Source: Phycisphaerae bacterium (GTDB taxonomy: Bacteria; Planctomycetota; Phycisphaerae; WQYP01). Taken from it: a stretch of DNA of 64,000 bases. Positions 38,201-39,194 of this stretch are shown here, one piece after another. Location: contig DASZTO010000079.1 of assembly GCA_035548175.1 (NCBI GenBank), forward strand, positions 21,733 to 85,732. Direction: 5' to 3'. The notes under the pieces are model-generated. The model had not been told where the DNA came from and did no database searches. It worked only from the letters and a program-made list of their open reading frames with translations. Positions within the stretch are counted from its first letter, which is position 1, and the number at the start of each line of letters is the position of its first letter. The position numbers and the translations under genes are program-made.

Positions 38201-39194
38201 CCTCCTCCTCGCCCCCCACTCCTCCATCACCCTCACCCTCTCCTTCCTCCCCGGCAACCTCGCCACCACCTTCTCCGCCACCCTCTCCTTCTTCACCAAC
38301 GACATCCTCTCCCCCAACCCCACCCTCACCCTCACCGGCGCACGCCGCCCCGGCATCCTCATCCTCGTCCCCGTCCCCGTCAGCCTCCCCATCGTCACCG
38401 TCTCCGTCCCCACCACCACCGCACCCACCACGCCCACCGCACCCACCGCACCCACCACGCCCACCACGCCCACCGCACCCACCGTCACCACGCCCGTCGT
38501 AACCACCCCCGTAGTCACGCCGCCCATCATCACCACACCCGTCGTGACCGACCCTGTAATCTCCACTCCCATCATCCCCACGCCGGCCCCCACCGATCCC
38601 GTCACCTCCACCCCCACGCCCGCCACACCCCCCGCGCCAGTCGCACCCGCTCCCACTCCCGCCGCTCCCATCCTCCCCATCGCCACCCCCATCATCGCCA
38701 CGCCCACTCCGCAAGATCCCATTCCCACGCCGCCATCACCCACCCCCACACCCACCGACACCACCACCATCGCCCCGCCACCCGCGCCCACCGCCACCAC
38801 CACGCCAACCGCACCCGCCGCACACGTCACCTCCACCTCGCCGACATCGCAGAAAACTCCCCCGGCGCCCGCAAGCCCGCACCTCCCGCTCCACAAACCC
38901 ACCCCCAAGCCCACCTCCCACCTCGCCCAAGCGCCAACACACACCATCGTCCCCACAGCGCCCGCTCCCGCCCCCGCCGCCAAATCCCCCACGCCCCACG
39001 CAACCCCCGCCCCCACTCCCACTCCCACCCTCACCCCCGCCACGCACGCCCAGCTCCCCGCCCTCACCCCCATCACCCTCCCCGCCCTCCACACCACCAA
39101 CACCACGCCCCTCCACATCACACCCACCCCGCTCTTCACCCTCCGCCCGCAAAACAAAAAACCCACCCCCGTCCTCCTCCTCCCCAAACGCTGA
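2298..39194 (+). CDS. Giant (12,298 aa) extracellular Rhs/YD-repeat protein with CARDB, Ig, dockerin, beta-propeller, toxin-like and peptidase modules
   Basis: One uninterrupted ORF with recognisable domains along its whole length. LEPR-XLL-type motif WLETRLLLS at 2421-2447. Rhs core signature FTGREFDASTGLYYFRARYYDASLGRFLTQD...NLYRYASNNPTNVVDPSG. The exact start (GTG 2298) is uncertain. Confidence 0.93.
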   Translation: MLSALRSFGRALRRALHEEGPSDPSAARLSRYKDQRPSGVEWLETRLLLSTITWTSSSSGNWNNGANWSGGKAPGSGDSAVIDVPGVTVTVSDQESVHDLSVNVTDPNNAPTLQLTGGFLAIGASSAISGNLQLQGGNLFIGSGTLTTAGNTDWAGGNINLDGHTLLNTGNMTWETTGGVYGNTGPTINGSPNQGGTLDNQGSIAESVNGPTLFDSVLIENEATFDFTGDAGMNYGSGSPNFTNAATGTVEKTGGSGTSSFSVTFNNQGGTIHSESGTLSLPYGTNTGGTYTADLAATLLISGFLSGTYTGAGQGTVGLSNNILINSPGATFDFTGNTFQWTAHNIDLDNHTLINLGTITFNTSAGIYGNTGIDLNGSGSQGGTLDNQGTILQAGGSYALFDSVSILNENTYDFTADGGIAYGNANPFVTNTGLFEKTGGAGTSSTGVTFNNQAGTVYAKTGTLVPGRGTNTGGTYNADANAIVELQGFLGGAFTGGGAGQLLLGGNILISGSNATFNFPANYFLWNAAHIDLDNHILTNTGFLTFNTSNGFYGNTGIDINGSGNQGGTLDNQGTIIHAGGSPAMFDNTEILNEGTYDFTADGAVAYGNANPLFVNTGLFEKTGGTGASTTSVGFNNQGGTVYAQTGTLNPGRGTNTSGTYNADAGAVVELQGFLGGTFTGSGAGQLFLGGNILISGSNATFNFPANYFVWNAAQIDLDSHVLTNLGFLTFDVSNGIYGNTGIDINGSGSQGGILDNQGTILQGAVNPAMYDSTEILNAGTYDFTADGSVAYGNASPTFVNTGLVEKTGGAGASGTGVTFNNEGGTVYAHTGALNPGRGTNTGGAYNADAGATVELQGFLSGTYTGSGGGTATLGGNILINSNNATFNFPAQFFQWTAHEIDLDSHTLINTGWLTFATTAGIRGNTGIDINGSGSQSGVLDNQGTIFQAGGAPALYDSVELENEGRYDFTTAGNINNGSGNPFALNAATGTWESDASGISTVNLPFNNQGGSVDAAAGTLAFTGGTNTGGTYSAALGAAVLLAGVFGGSYTGSGSGAVSLNSNILINGSNATFNFPVGLFQWTGAGIDLDGHTLTNTGSMTWSAPGALFGNTGIGANGSGNQGGTLDNRGTVLASGTATLYDSVSISNEGTFDFTGDAGLALGNGNPGVTNSVSGILEKTGGTGTSAVDLPFSNAGSVIAASGTLTFTRGVSQISGHTLTGGAWAATHGATLVIPSVTITTNSAQVTLSGAGATFAAINSLADNEGSFALTEGASLTTAGALTNNGTLVLGPHGTLAVAGSLAEGGASVLNIQLGGTPASGAFGFLSTTGVATLNGTLSVTLADGFGPTAGQTYTVTNFASKTGAFSTVTGGVVNGVTLYTITVNANIVINAVSNSADLAVSNVTAPASAAGGHTLTITWQVTNLASTGTVGTDWVDDVYLTAGGVVNATSILIGSVAHSGAVGGGGGYSGSFSGTVPTSVPTGTYTVVVVIDAGNVLPDVNRANNMAAAPGTTHVTLPGGPVVVSQTPTGAVPAPLDHIDIVFSVIIDPTSFSASDVLLVGASGAVTVTAIEEINATTYRIHFAALSVDGAYTLTVGPDVRDLQGDEMDQNADGVPGQPSDAYVGTFTFHSVGAHVTGSLLNGTTGGSGPVKGPVSSVQVTFSEAVQVSTFSVADVTLTGVSHAFTITGVTPVDAVNGAATTFTVTFASASASGLYTLTVGPDILDLVGLAMDQDGNATSGEPTDAFVLNFTIDSTGPQVVSVTPGAGSAVHQPITSVVVTFNEPIDPATFLVGSVSINGPPGSISAAAITEIDATDFRINLSTLAALGTYHFVLSPTISDLVGNELDQNANGINGEAGDAFAFDILLSQPNLVASAPSAPVSASAGSQISVSFLVTNNGNLAATAPFTDELILSQSGVLGAGDNLLLQAVTVNADVAAGGSYTEVFTTNLPLGIEGDYTLFMVTDSGNAEAESSEADNAASAPIHINHAALPNDLAVDVITSPASGQTGQQINVAWRVDNVGTAGISGALTWNDEVILSADDTLGNGDDVVLGTFSHSGPLASGGNYTQSQNVALPANLAAGNYHIFVLTDSGNAVSEPGGKANNSLESGTVLAVSLSPAATLSTSNVTFTGTTVIGQMLAVFWTVTNTGQATATPPAGGWIDRVYVTTDGTLNTATLLASAPHVNALAAGSNYAGSIQVTLPALADGTYQLLVFADATSTVFTRSPASTRMAVSGNLSLTHPDLVVTGITLPNGPIQSGQTITLNWTGQNNGTAAVTGTFVDAVYLSTTTTVPAGATALSSFVHTGTLGIGGTYNGSATFTLPNGLSGVYRLIVVTNATGVVIEGAASANDTTASAPIAIALAPYADLTVSNVVAPAQVVGDPVDLSVSWTVTNNGTGTGTVSTWTDRVVLSGDDVYGNGDDVVIGNFTHVGLVNPGASYTSSQIILLPPATQGHFHLLVRTDAGGAVFDANPAPVNVAEPNHFVDVVTKPYAALSVDSVTAPATGFSGQPITISWIVSNQGIGTTDESAWNDQVYVSSDPTGAGGLTPIQAFVHQGALAVGGSYTATQQVTLPANLSGTQYIFVDSSGPFQFTHTDKNLGHSGAIQVQFVPPPAVDLSVVAGSVTAPATPFDGNSITVSWSVINNGPESLDNSYHWTDSLYLAPGGVFANAIHIADYDYNQGLMAGQSYTRTQTITLPIHISGIYTLFVQTDSGSRILETNESNNLGNSDDIAVSLTPRPNLTVSSTLSSFSVTAGAGIDVSWTVTNLSTASTPVGASRWKDGVYLSFTHTLDSSGILLGELPNGSALAGGESYSSSAHFTLPLAVSGNAYIIIKADDQNLIDTYPNANNSAYAIPIAINAQPVPPPDLVVSNVFNPATVFNGSPVTVHYRVTNLGSGVTFPSSWTDQVWLTLGTDRPDPMRGDFMLGAFGHSGTLNVGDFYDNNVTVTLPNYISGNYYITVWTDPGHAVFQEHLDTNINPDAPHDLLGDNFKADPISVLLTPPADLVVTSLIAPPTAQGGNQVTLTWTVANQGAARTDQSLWADAIYLSPDGVHEGTLVFAMPHSGALEIGASYTQTATFTLPPNAEGNYFLVETNQSPGLAQTTDDLFAQQIQQIVDSTEATLNGQDPTTLTAQQILSILAGPTPQARVFEGPFTNNDSRSAPTTITDTPADLVVTNVTIGQQTQFSGEAINVSWTVQNVGAAVYSGTTSWTDYIFVSPDPTFIYRRATMVAAVQHDNSGGMPNGGSYTGSTTVMLPAGISGERYVYVFSDRRGGADNDDLIPQEGFPGWPEVFAHRVYEADKSNNVNSSALNVVYREPDLTISNLTVTPSTLAGSTITVSFQVNNIGNRATRTSNWFDRVYISTDQTLDYYDELLGSQQHTTVLAAGASYTVTMAVTLPFNFSGPFYILAFTDSPFVIDGYANPPPYPSTAGDHRLTGGGDGLVEEYQGEGNNVTAAPITVLAVPPPDLVVASISTPAHVLMNQSFTVDYIVLNQGAGDVPAGQTTWTDTVYLSRDNVLDVNSAIYLGAIKHTTGLGAGQIYEVVQTFALPHGITGPYYVLVLTDTPTSGKVRGFVIEADEGNNASASPVPMLIDQPPPADLQVDIVNGPQVATSGNPITVSWTVSNHGNVPATGGWTDAVYLSSDGNYHVGDPLIGTVDHGSLGGSDSFAPGDSYTASLTAVLPIALPGRYYVVVRTNIFNDIYEGPFVTNNTNASFDPVVVSVQTLQLDQLFNTTISSGQTRLYRVQAPANATLQINLANANNAGANEIYTRFEALPTEATSDSAFTGHLVADQTAIVPTTAGGYYYILVVGDSEPQSNTPISLYATLLPFEITGITPDVGGDSGYVTTTITGAQFDPQAIVKLIRPTIAEFEPVSYKVVNATEIVATFNFTNAPHGLYDVQVTNPDGRSVIIPYRYLIEAAQPLDLAVAMGGPPNLNFGQIGIYGLSVKSTTNVDTPYVFVQYGVPHLSNPNTGIIPGERLVFRTDLNGHPAIDGVTWDSLNPVVNINGDLRAPGVAMDLADQGFATVSFTADAYPQLRQLLAQDPNYLNNLLPFELDELAFDFYIEASATPMTRDEYVAYQTNIAETLRQNVLNSDTAPASLLLAASDSPSWDAAYLAALQQTGQLRAQDADPVVQIAPQFISLVSIMSGGLFTGDEAANTLASGDFVDFFNMVRTLYGSDDSAIGGGAVADESLYDLHLSSPTHFETFTIHVGPGQAVEASPTDPNLSNFFGITGSRSTAATMTGPNGYGDASIVPANTPLPYTVNFSNPTPNTGINHIAIEEQLDPNLDVRTFRLSSITLGGITVPIPTGRASFTGQFDFTDQLGVLINVTAGVDVNSGIAVWDIQAIDPSTGLPTTDPAFSLLGAGQTGQIGYTIDVLSSVHSGDTVSATARVVLNGGSPIDTAPVSNTVDAVAPVTTLSVSQTSDGSYALNWTSQDDAQGTGIKDYTVYVSANGGPYSIYQLHITDTSLVVPGFPGTSESFIVLAEDNAGNIESAPPGIDLPSFSPDLNLGILPTAPDTEEEPLTPAPPPQVPPSNPVFVQAQGGVPSHLPGTNPPAFTTVLAPLTIGSLITQVQQSGASIGPLGMVFLPDGQHLLISGGPGRNSLYLFSLSGGAALTPLITLDVPIYDMAFDAAGQLWATTGGGPLVQLDPTTGAILGRYADSIGLGLAVQGNTLYVSTGSGIQTFDTLAHTFHPFSSTRVDGLAFAPDGTLWGASWPTRGTILQFDAHGKPTAILNVPDAVGLAFGAANTPLANLLFVSRDDGTLTMVDLTSLQTVDVATDGSRGDFAHIGPDGRLYLTESDQLDVLFPLLPPHVIFTTPGNGSTLKPVVNSITLTFDTDMDATTGDPHSVTSIANYTLIDTTTGQTLPIGAITYDSASRSAELWFESLRPDSYQLTISTDVQSALALGLEAPYVEAFTILVDFASLTPTFSNTRLNRTTGALSFDVSLSNSLNSAVTAPVRLIFTGLGETGDTLINPDGFTSDGHPYVDLQTTGLLTPGATTPSRTISIMDADGALITLLPEIVAALAPDQLPIISSTPGTVSLAGTPYTYRPQAADPENGPLSYVLISGPSTAAIDPATGVVVWTPKSSDPAKDTFDLRVYDSRGGFVDQLWTVGVMNQAAAPVLAPIGKQTVNEGGVLTVPVGAYDAAGLPLVYWAENLPAGAIFDAASQAIDYRPGAHDAGTYNGVAVYVSDGVNTVSTSFTIVVNPVAQRPIFASLADKTINEGALLLVTLHATGQNGSALNFSADALPPGAALNTTTGVFTWQPGFNQAGTYAITFTAADASASSSQTLNITVLPVTAPITFVPVQHLFIDAGQPLTIRLGVNDPEYPAGNDSSTSISSDITGDTSNDAPLSFSFAALPDGASFDPTTHILSWIPTPAEAGDHAFTFFATDTSDNMSASTSFTVTVRDVNVPPVVTPIDNQTVSPGGLLDIPLSATDANGDPITFSAAGLPPFATLTDNHNGTGTIHVAPGATQYGNFTITLTASDNGHGDPNNIQSSSILFVLTSTAPNLPPTLPFIPDKVAVVGSDQPISLTVVAGDFLQHALTPSATGLPGGAMFAATSTYGVFVFSWIPQVADFGPHTITLTVTDATNPALSASRTFTINVRSADRPPVLAPVPNQNGAESSPLAFTLSATDPDGDAITYLAGNLPTGATLDPQSGAFSWTPAYGQNGSYVVTFTASDGAMSSNSNVLLTIAKSNRPPILQQIPNILGQENTPISLQLAGSDPDGDTITYTVVGTLPTGAGFNPQTQEFTWTPTPGQAGNYTLIFQATDTSGASAQVAVKVQVLHLNLPPTIATLGQKNLLIGRPFTLQIPGSDPNGDALTYSATGLPDGALLNSATGVLTWTPSAAQAGRADLVVMASDGQYTAVQSLGLIVSTQPVAPSLLIDLTPSFPAVPGQAVVVHAAASSLIGIASLVMTINGVPQTLDANGRVTFTPTAAGHYAIVAIATDSNGVQATATADLKVKDANAAAPTVSLNPPGLISTPANITGAVTGSNLDKWSLTLSVLGAANTITLATGSQATAANAILAAIDPATLANGAYLLTLTATDIAGRTATRSQVMEIDSANKSGAYLQTATDLTASLDGETFTLTRYYNSLEAYEAGLVGFGWNLAGADAHVASSAAPAAANSLPNPFAVGTRVYVDLPDGSRAGFTFTPVAHTVSGVTYYTPAFTADAGVLYSLATTATQLSLVNGSYFQLGTGLPFNPAGGAFGTIAYTLTAPDGRTYSYGADAKLKQITADGKTFIFSGSGLIGPDGSRITFQFDSSGRLTTATGPDGTQVHYTYDAAGDLISANHDAYAYINGHLLTVALDATPTAATYDPNGALESTGPILDTLAFNQTDAGTLAAGATAFYAARISAAELASSGGQITVALDVLHNGAHSVAFETVTTAGAVLLPVAGFSGAYQATYFLPGDINGDGTVDGVDETLFAAALGSSVGQAGYSLAADIDRDGAVTPTDHSFLANNFGATEDRPPVVTGGSGATYPDLDVLTDLAPLSSDPQGLPLIYTFSNVHGGTVRLSSDGHTAIFSPFDGFTGAASYDFAADDGVFDSNTATVNVTVNDATLVNITFSQRDVDLAAAGAALQLTFTGLFSDGSSAPLPATFLHFATTDPSRFIVTSSGTLFAEGNGTAILTAVSHGVTAATPVTVGAADTRPLQFFPLTYTLPLGVTRQFQVRYNSGVNVLDLAPAAGNTFYFLSNTSVGAITPDGLFTPTALGAVYVTVINGGQSVVVPITVTTPSTGPTTIDSSGGIVGDSQGDSLGIPEGSLASGSTISVTPLTNLPYALPDGFDFYGGLHVDLGGANLTQPASVTIKAPDNLPTGAKVYLWVPITIETDAAEGPVQSWLLIDHMTVGADGYLRTTSAPYGGFVGGFPNNGGALVSIDLTSVVAAGSADLGAVELLEGHINDVNSEGTVTLQMQWGGSSTAKYYAVPGSVGDILIPAFGGINTTITVNRTVGTLSTKTSTGVFLAPGQESAIVALPLPPQLVFPTVPPPAIVSASFDFGPDPQHPAPRVVLKGINFLYNNPYSTSANPLPLGTDYKDLYVTFEVGGRDTFDDKGKVQLVGGRDARVNGSDPGVVFTDLGMVNGQHEYELDIPVPNTIALGNAFITVTRPSSEPLNGLFARQEFTSNAVNVLPQNQYALAADGGTDATGRNYVSVIDTTQTTKINGVTKAQPTPIAQIPLGVGTTITSLYPRFVTVTPDGTRAYVTLQGDYGIAVIDLETLQEIDMLPNDPNNPLTSGVQHIRLKNANGAQPFQGVIDATGHYLYISDQASSNIYVIDVDPFSPTYNQHVKTITIPSYFAPLGLRGIAINSDSTRLYVTAPGRTLQGQYVNETGNIIVINIDPTNPKAPFFDTPSAQNVIPVGPDPYGITGTDNPNVMLFTDQLDDTKGMGQLVRTTFTGGAELYVAHYTDFTSFGVIRRWVENRPNQAFGVSNATGIVYLPADTFKSVLGYSHPSYAFITGYDKYVPDDPKHDPSEGPLLTFNFYYQDKNGLTIPVPVAAGGNVAIIRDPVDKNPQTDFLNPETQPRLVAATRPVQNSFPDNLVLSGDYSELLAGYQALNSVFAFSTIQIVADVEAQVKMAFIGNSDQIPAPYSVPSDLSHLLRGPLSTVPIDDIDRAIDIAADDEFYTNSARGLSFGTPPKGIFGESPNQEAPLVVGRLPRGLAATPHLPGGVITLASTPYNQAPTLSAFPNNSLQVSAGLTATADVHTGALMETHDLPTYQSVGQTRGVTLTYSSLRADPTVLYYFSIDNLPTNLPADSLLVVTLTARLGTFSKTAPGMTATDAAALGLPANANVYQLPATIPANYTYGAGIFLNLESTDENGNPVYPDSGVYTFVLNYGIYTKVGNVYQGRLAQLISPIAVVDQEDSPFGAGWGMNNYYQIYQGDGSVLLSNGNGQSEIFLAPDKIGDPYTSESADQSQLLQQTDGTFVRKMLDGTTYKFNDQGKLATITDRNGNVTTYNYAADDKTLLSITDPVGLVTRFVYNGTHISQIIEPVNRATTLVQTGDNLTQITDPDTTYVSFAYDNSAYKHALTSEIQKRGNASNPSDPRGADPQKMGSSFKESWTYSVYGRLTGGTRVDGKKFTLTPAQATAILPESITFDPDGNAKYHGVTSDPKSPPMLQVLISPGTDPITGDAIFLNAAAATYVNFNGDTKTFYLTSSGQLVLTKDKDGTETTTSRAPDNGLIQTQIDALKNKVVYTYDPFNNLISQTDFPDGPGTTRGVTQTWTYEHTFNQMTSYTDGIGRTTTYVIDPNNGNIKSKTVTLGNASLTTRYTYDAHGMMLTMTDPDGHITTYTYDSMENRQSESLGTSTTTWIRDGAGNVTTLIDPDGHTTTTTYDKMNRVLTISHVLSSTNQTATITYGYDAAGNQVAVKSPNQTANVAPGRTTLQYDTLNREIQETDALNRTRKWAYDYSAGLTTYPVDNISGDQYSYYTDPMGYSTVAIYDERGNKIEAYDVAGNKTSYEPDPDGRVIAITNPLGQIQTFTYDGRSRLTTSTGNGNGAAGMVTYTYDDANRRTSMTVSNNLTGGSGDQKTTWTYDLLDDVASQLDPAGNLTTYTYNGEGKITSMIQAAGASIQRTVTYKYDAEIRVSDTIVDGMYDTQFIYDNNGNIIERIDPRGAAFATFTSYDEMNRPIETIDGNGNRTETVYDLDGNVVAVIDGRANGDRSNSQYRTSYAYDAADQRTSVTDAANNTITMQYDFDGNLSIVTDPRTNTSGQHYTTTTTFAYVNGQKIVTTTNANGDQSTVTYDVLGRIIDIKDVRGYHTYYHYDLTTGRKDYMIDAAGFKTLYFYDQVGNLIQQQVTRQNGAVTLTTLFSYDKLNRLISTIFAFSTPDQITTSRTYDALGRLDTETDGLNRVTKYTYDDLDHLTLVQKALNSAVEADWQYSYDAVGNLMQTTDPDGNVTTRTYYNNNQVKTITLADQTSDASTTTYFYDKADDVIEIDGPLNSPTGGPYRVTFTYDGNRRLASKTDAMGNETDYTLDAAGNPIVVTQHDPVGGTTRITRTTYDGMNRMSSQTDAAGRTTTFIYDASGNLMRKVGPLTNLNGTPYEVDYTYDALNRVLTQTDSFAGSSGHTTLFSYDEHNLLKVTEPGGGYTTVYTYDHLDRVLTLTRDISPTAKSTETYTYDDVGNILTYTDGDGHITFNTYDDQNRLTAKTVAYQTTVAVTTRYGYDKNGNLLEVFDTRGSQYDTVYTYDHLNRRTTITRANGSPIAATTYYRYDAASNLISVTDPRGDSSGLNFTSHFSYDADNRLVMAVDPLGLVTTTTYDAFGNVLATTDPYGNTVNHTYDGINRPLTTTVNSILGQFTTTTTYLDGGSFVRVTDPRSHSTLYVYDGNGRILSVTDALNHSATYAYDANGNLADATDKRGFTTHYVYDGLNRIVETDALYLSPHQFVQNKTDYDAVGNALTVTDSLGFKTVTTYDELNRPTKIVRASGTIYQTTESYTYDAVGHIATFTDRDGVVTQYTTDFLGRITLITRAPGTPVAAATQLGYDLVGNTTSTISPGGLHRTSTFDADNRLTSTALATNQYPQPLTTTTTYFDLPGDSRHISVTDPMGITVTTWFDQLGRVRLVQDPLNGDTTTDYLDETSFITHTHHGLDDFTYTPDDLYRTAKSVDAAGHITTTAYDEDGNVTGSVDGANESMTYTYDGLDRITSSSDPLQNTTYFTYDNAGNRLTLTDPNNNTTTFAYDPFGRMISQIDAAHNTTTWTYDGDGNLLFTTDRDGRTIKYSYDALNHRTLEQWFPKGANTPAYTIKTSYNLDGQLLSVSDPSASYQYAYDDIERVTAIANKGAPGLPLTTVSYSYDKDSRITSVSAAVNNSLILTTSYIYDPNSGRLNSVRQSGPAISSLRVDFTYLSTAYQLSSVSRYSDLAGAQLVATSIYGYSPSNQINSLVHTNAAGGTIDTYSLTYDNANRIITDTNSDGMITYTYYPDSQLQSVHYTDPAQTSEVYAYDPGGDRSSGSTVYGPDNELMSDGTYTYAYDNEGNLISRTKVSDGSVRLFTWDFRNRLTSVIDKNAQGTVLDETTFTYDALNRRISETVITPGQPNASTRFVYDQENVLLEFSAATGTANGEALGTTDSGAQFSGALMHRLLTPGSLTITVGAAQLTDDGDGNLSDAAGDTGTIDYQSGDWTLTLAAPSPGASILASYQFATAAFSRFYLHGLATDQLLAQQDSSGNVLWTLPDQLGSTRDLIDNSAAVLDHIKYDAFGNIVSRANPSVYNRYFFTGREFDASTGLYYFRARYYDASLGRFLTQDSAGFSAGDTNLYRYASNNPTNVVDPSGNFGIDASPIDGLESRFISNYGLRVSQITYNTWAIGGVYSPDSYDVRNSVQQAGAVAKEIYDYGINLPMTVLSAAKQAVENFTNYLIPQSPMVAFIVSRALNFTIDVANLALCAAFPPLGAWEAVDFALGAPQLATGLYNSVSTLYSAATNGITTDAGANAGKSEYDRKVTLKQAQDAYKNVIDTVLGFAAGGTVHALNEGAGKPEPKSITEPEETSPGRPPPEAQSTAEAVVATQIEEGTPPPAVEPPPPVVDSAPPLDMVNEHPQEAESKPVEAEPEPAKLEQTSVEEHTAPNAKAVELEQPWELGFEDGFGFGIGEGEEFSAPKADQVDPGPPPPAPAESPGASGETVRESAAAATAPAAGASAALASAARGVIGAVALSAADAFTAAAMDSFLTEPWTLSPFDFDEGLTPVATVEAPIPAPEPTPPVPDSGGATPGETVVQEFKTDSETTQKVEQTAPAPAPEAPPAGEPPPAAPSADDLDTWSKEPIDGWVVPKKLTGKRFADWNVESAMQNRVEFGEMDAQSIKRAPYKAGAWDTRYKLKGVQASPFDLFFTKEEMEAYLADNPDAQFNPPPVDFTANGTLDGQRIVTHNGNLVWAKNGRPVRTAGFSTDTEFIVVFDEAGNAYGFQRGPGLADVRHSGFVGYDQPVISAGTILTDANGALLKFTDRTGHFWEALDALHGDASRGADIGISIWGEQGLANPGSVQVIKTAGDANVNTWAPRDLGNGSNPGQYIPQTLPPAQLRADDGPTPTPSAPASPTPAPTTPAPAAPAVPLPVAAYTLANAALAFWTSALHLSTAPLTINLALQNLPAGELAESTVTAFANGRPSAGTITVDPSANGHGWYTDISDLSAPLPITGRYDLFTTLLHEIGHLLGFTIDNPAFASHVLNGVFYSDGLALDLSPDLDHLAPAAFPNDLMNPTLAADTRKLPSATDIAVIQIIRNSTLGAAYVQQTRALLVAPDAAQLQPVDTSTPPHTGILNGNFAITDPDDPNFGWTLSPAAAINPGHATLADGSTTVTRLLQTFSLPAGATTLRFTINSAAFSANPGQPEDAFEVALLDPSTLSPLAGTVALTGSDALLNMQADGSLYTAPAVSLTRNADGTTTVSIDLQSLAPNSAVTLAFDLLGFPPAASSVVLSNVTFANATPPQITGPAVINTGLTQRSTIFQISIPLSEAGLSFNPDALSLFLNSSIPVDLSGLTWSFDSSNNLLLDFQNVPLADGNYQLRLAAGTITNASGNGLNFVNDGLGDTIDTTFAAINFFKLAGDANGDGIVDVHDFQIALNPNNPNSDLNHDGATDTTDQNIVRTNLGHRLVEIAPPVLAVTENSGTPNDNALSFGPIAAGTSAANIAVTLTNNGQQNLSITGLQLLSGDTSAFAFFIDGQPLGTTSLVLAPGQSATLEVQLLATSAGVYHATLQFFHNDPNQPNPFTLSLSATITAALKPPTLVVTENSGTPNDNVLSFNTALAGASFKPIPVTIQNTGDQTLSLAGLQILGPNADAFAFSIDGQLPGTTSLLLAPGAAITLEVSFLGTDPGDYSATLELFHNDPHQPNPFTLSLNASLLKPIPPTLVITENAGTPNDNLIPFGAFDPNVTPTPITITLANIGDLPLSLAGIQLGGANPANFAFQLDGQLPGTTSLLLAPHSSITLTLSFLPGNLATTFSATLSFFTNDILSPNPTLTLTGARRPGILILVPVPVSLPIVTVSVPTTTAPTTPTAPTAPTTPTTPTAPTVTTPVVTTPVVTPPIITTPVVTDPVISTPIIPTPAPTDPVTSTPTPATPPAPVAPAPTPAAPILPIATPIIATPTPQDPIPTPPSPTPTPTDTTTIAPPPAPTATTTPTAPAAHVTSTSPTSQKTPPAPASPHLPLHKPTPKPTSHLAQAPTHTIVPTAPAPAPAAKSPTPHATPAPTPTPTLTPATHAQLPALTPITLPALHTTNTTPLHITPTPLFTLRPQNKKPTPVLLLPKR
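2772..5900 (+). repeat. Six tandem ~185-aa Gly/Asn/Thr-rich repeats (probable beta-helix/solenoid) in the giant protein
   Basis: The I(N/D)LD(G/N/S)H.L.N.G motif recurs at 2772, 3333, 3888, 4443, 4998 and 5556 (period 555-561 nt). Each copy has GNTG..NGS..QGG.LDNQG-like and EKTGG.G.S-like segments. Confidence 0.9.
6483..13490 (+). repeat. About 15 CARDB domains plus three SbsA/Big-type Ig domains (6860-7900)
   Basis: Recurring (P/A)DL.V..V..P....G..I.VSWTV.N.G......W.D.VYLS...G.Y...V.TD...E..E.NN pattern. The three Ig domains each end in DQ(N/D)..G..G. Confidence 0.85.
17445..20030 (+). repeat. Tandem putative Ig (He_PIG/cadherin-like) domains
   Basis: Recurring A.DPDGD.ITY.A..LP.GA..D..TG.F.WTP...Q.G.Y...F.ASDG motif. 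Confidence 0.8.
21609..21773 (+). other. Dockerin type I-like domain 1 (duplicated Ca-binding loop)
   Basis: GDINGDGTVDGVD...ADIDRDGAVTPTD..FLANNFG. Confidence 0.8.
25506..33269 (+). other. Main Rhs/YD-repeat cage and Rhs-associated core ending at the DPSG autocleavage motif
   Basis: Dozens of T.Y.YD..GN/..TD..G repeats. The core ends NNPTNVVDPSG (DPSG at 33258-33269). Confidence 0.92.
35040..35303 (+). other. Putative toxin domain in the Rhs C-terminal region (HS..F/AG/GH motif family)
   Basis: IVTHNGNLVWAKNG...FIVVFDEAGNAY...VRHSGFVG..PVISAGTI...NGAL..FTDRTGHFW. By eye this aligns with the HSSF-AG-SGHY motif set of plant IQM domains and of some bacterial Rhs toxin tips. Confidence 0.55.
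35886..36050 (+). other. Zinc-metallopeptidase-like motif (HEIGHLLG...DH...DLM Met-turn)
   Basis: LFTTLLHEIGHLLGF, then PDLDHL and NDLMNPTL. Confidence 0.65.
37080..37217 (+). other. Dockerin type I-like domain 2
   Basis: GDANGDGIVDVHD...SDLNHDGATDTTD.NIVRTNLG. Confidence 0.8.
37239..38350 (+). repeat. Three tandem ~124-aa ASH/choice-of-anchor-D-like Ig repeats, followed by a Pro/Thr-rich tail to 39194
   Basis: PP.L..TEN.GTPNDN...F at 37239, 37614 and 37986. Each copy has N.G...LS..G.Q...AF..DGQ..GTTSL.LAP; the first two end FHNDP.QPNPF. Confidence 0.8.
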
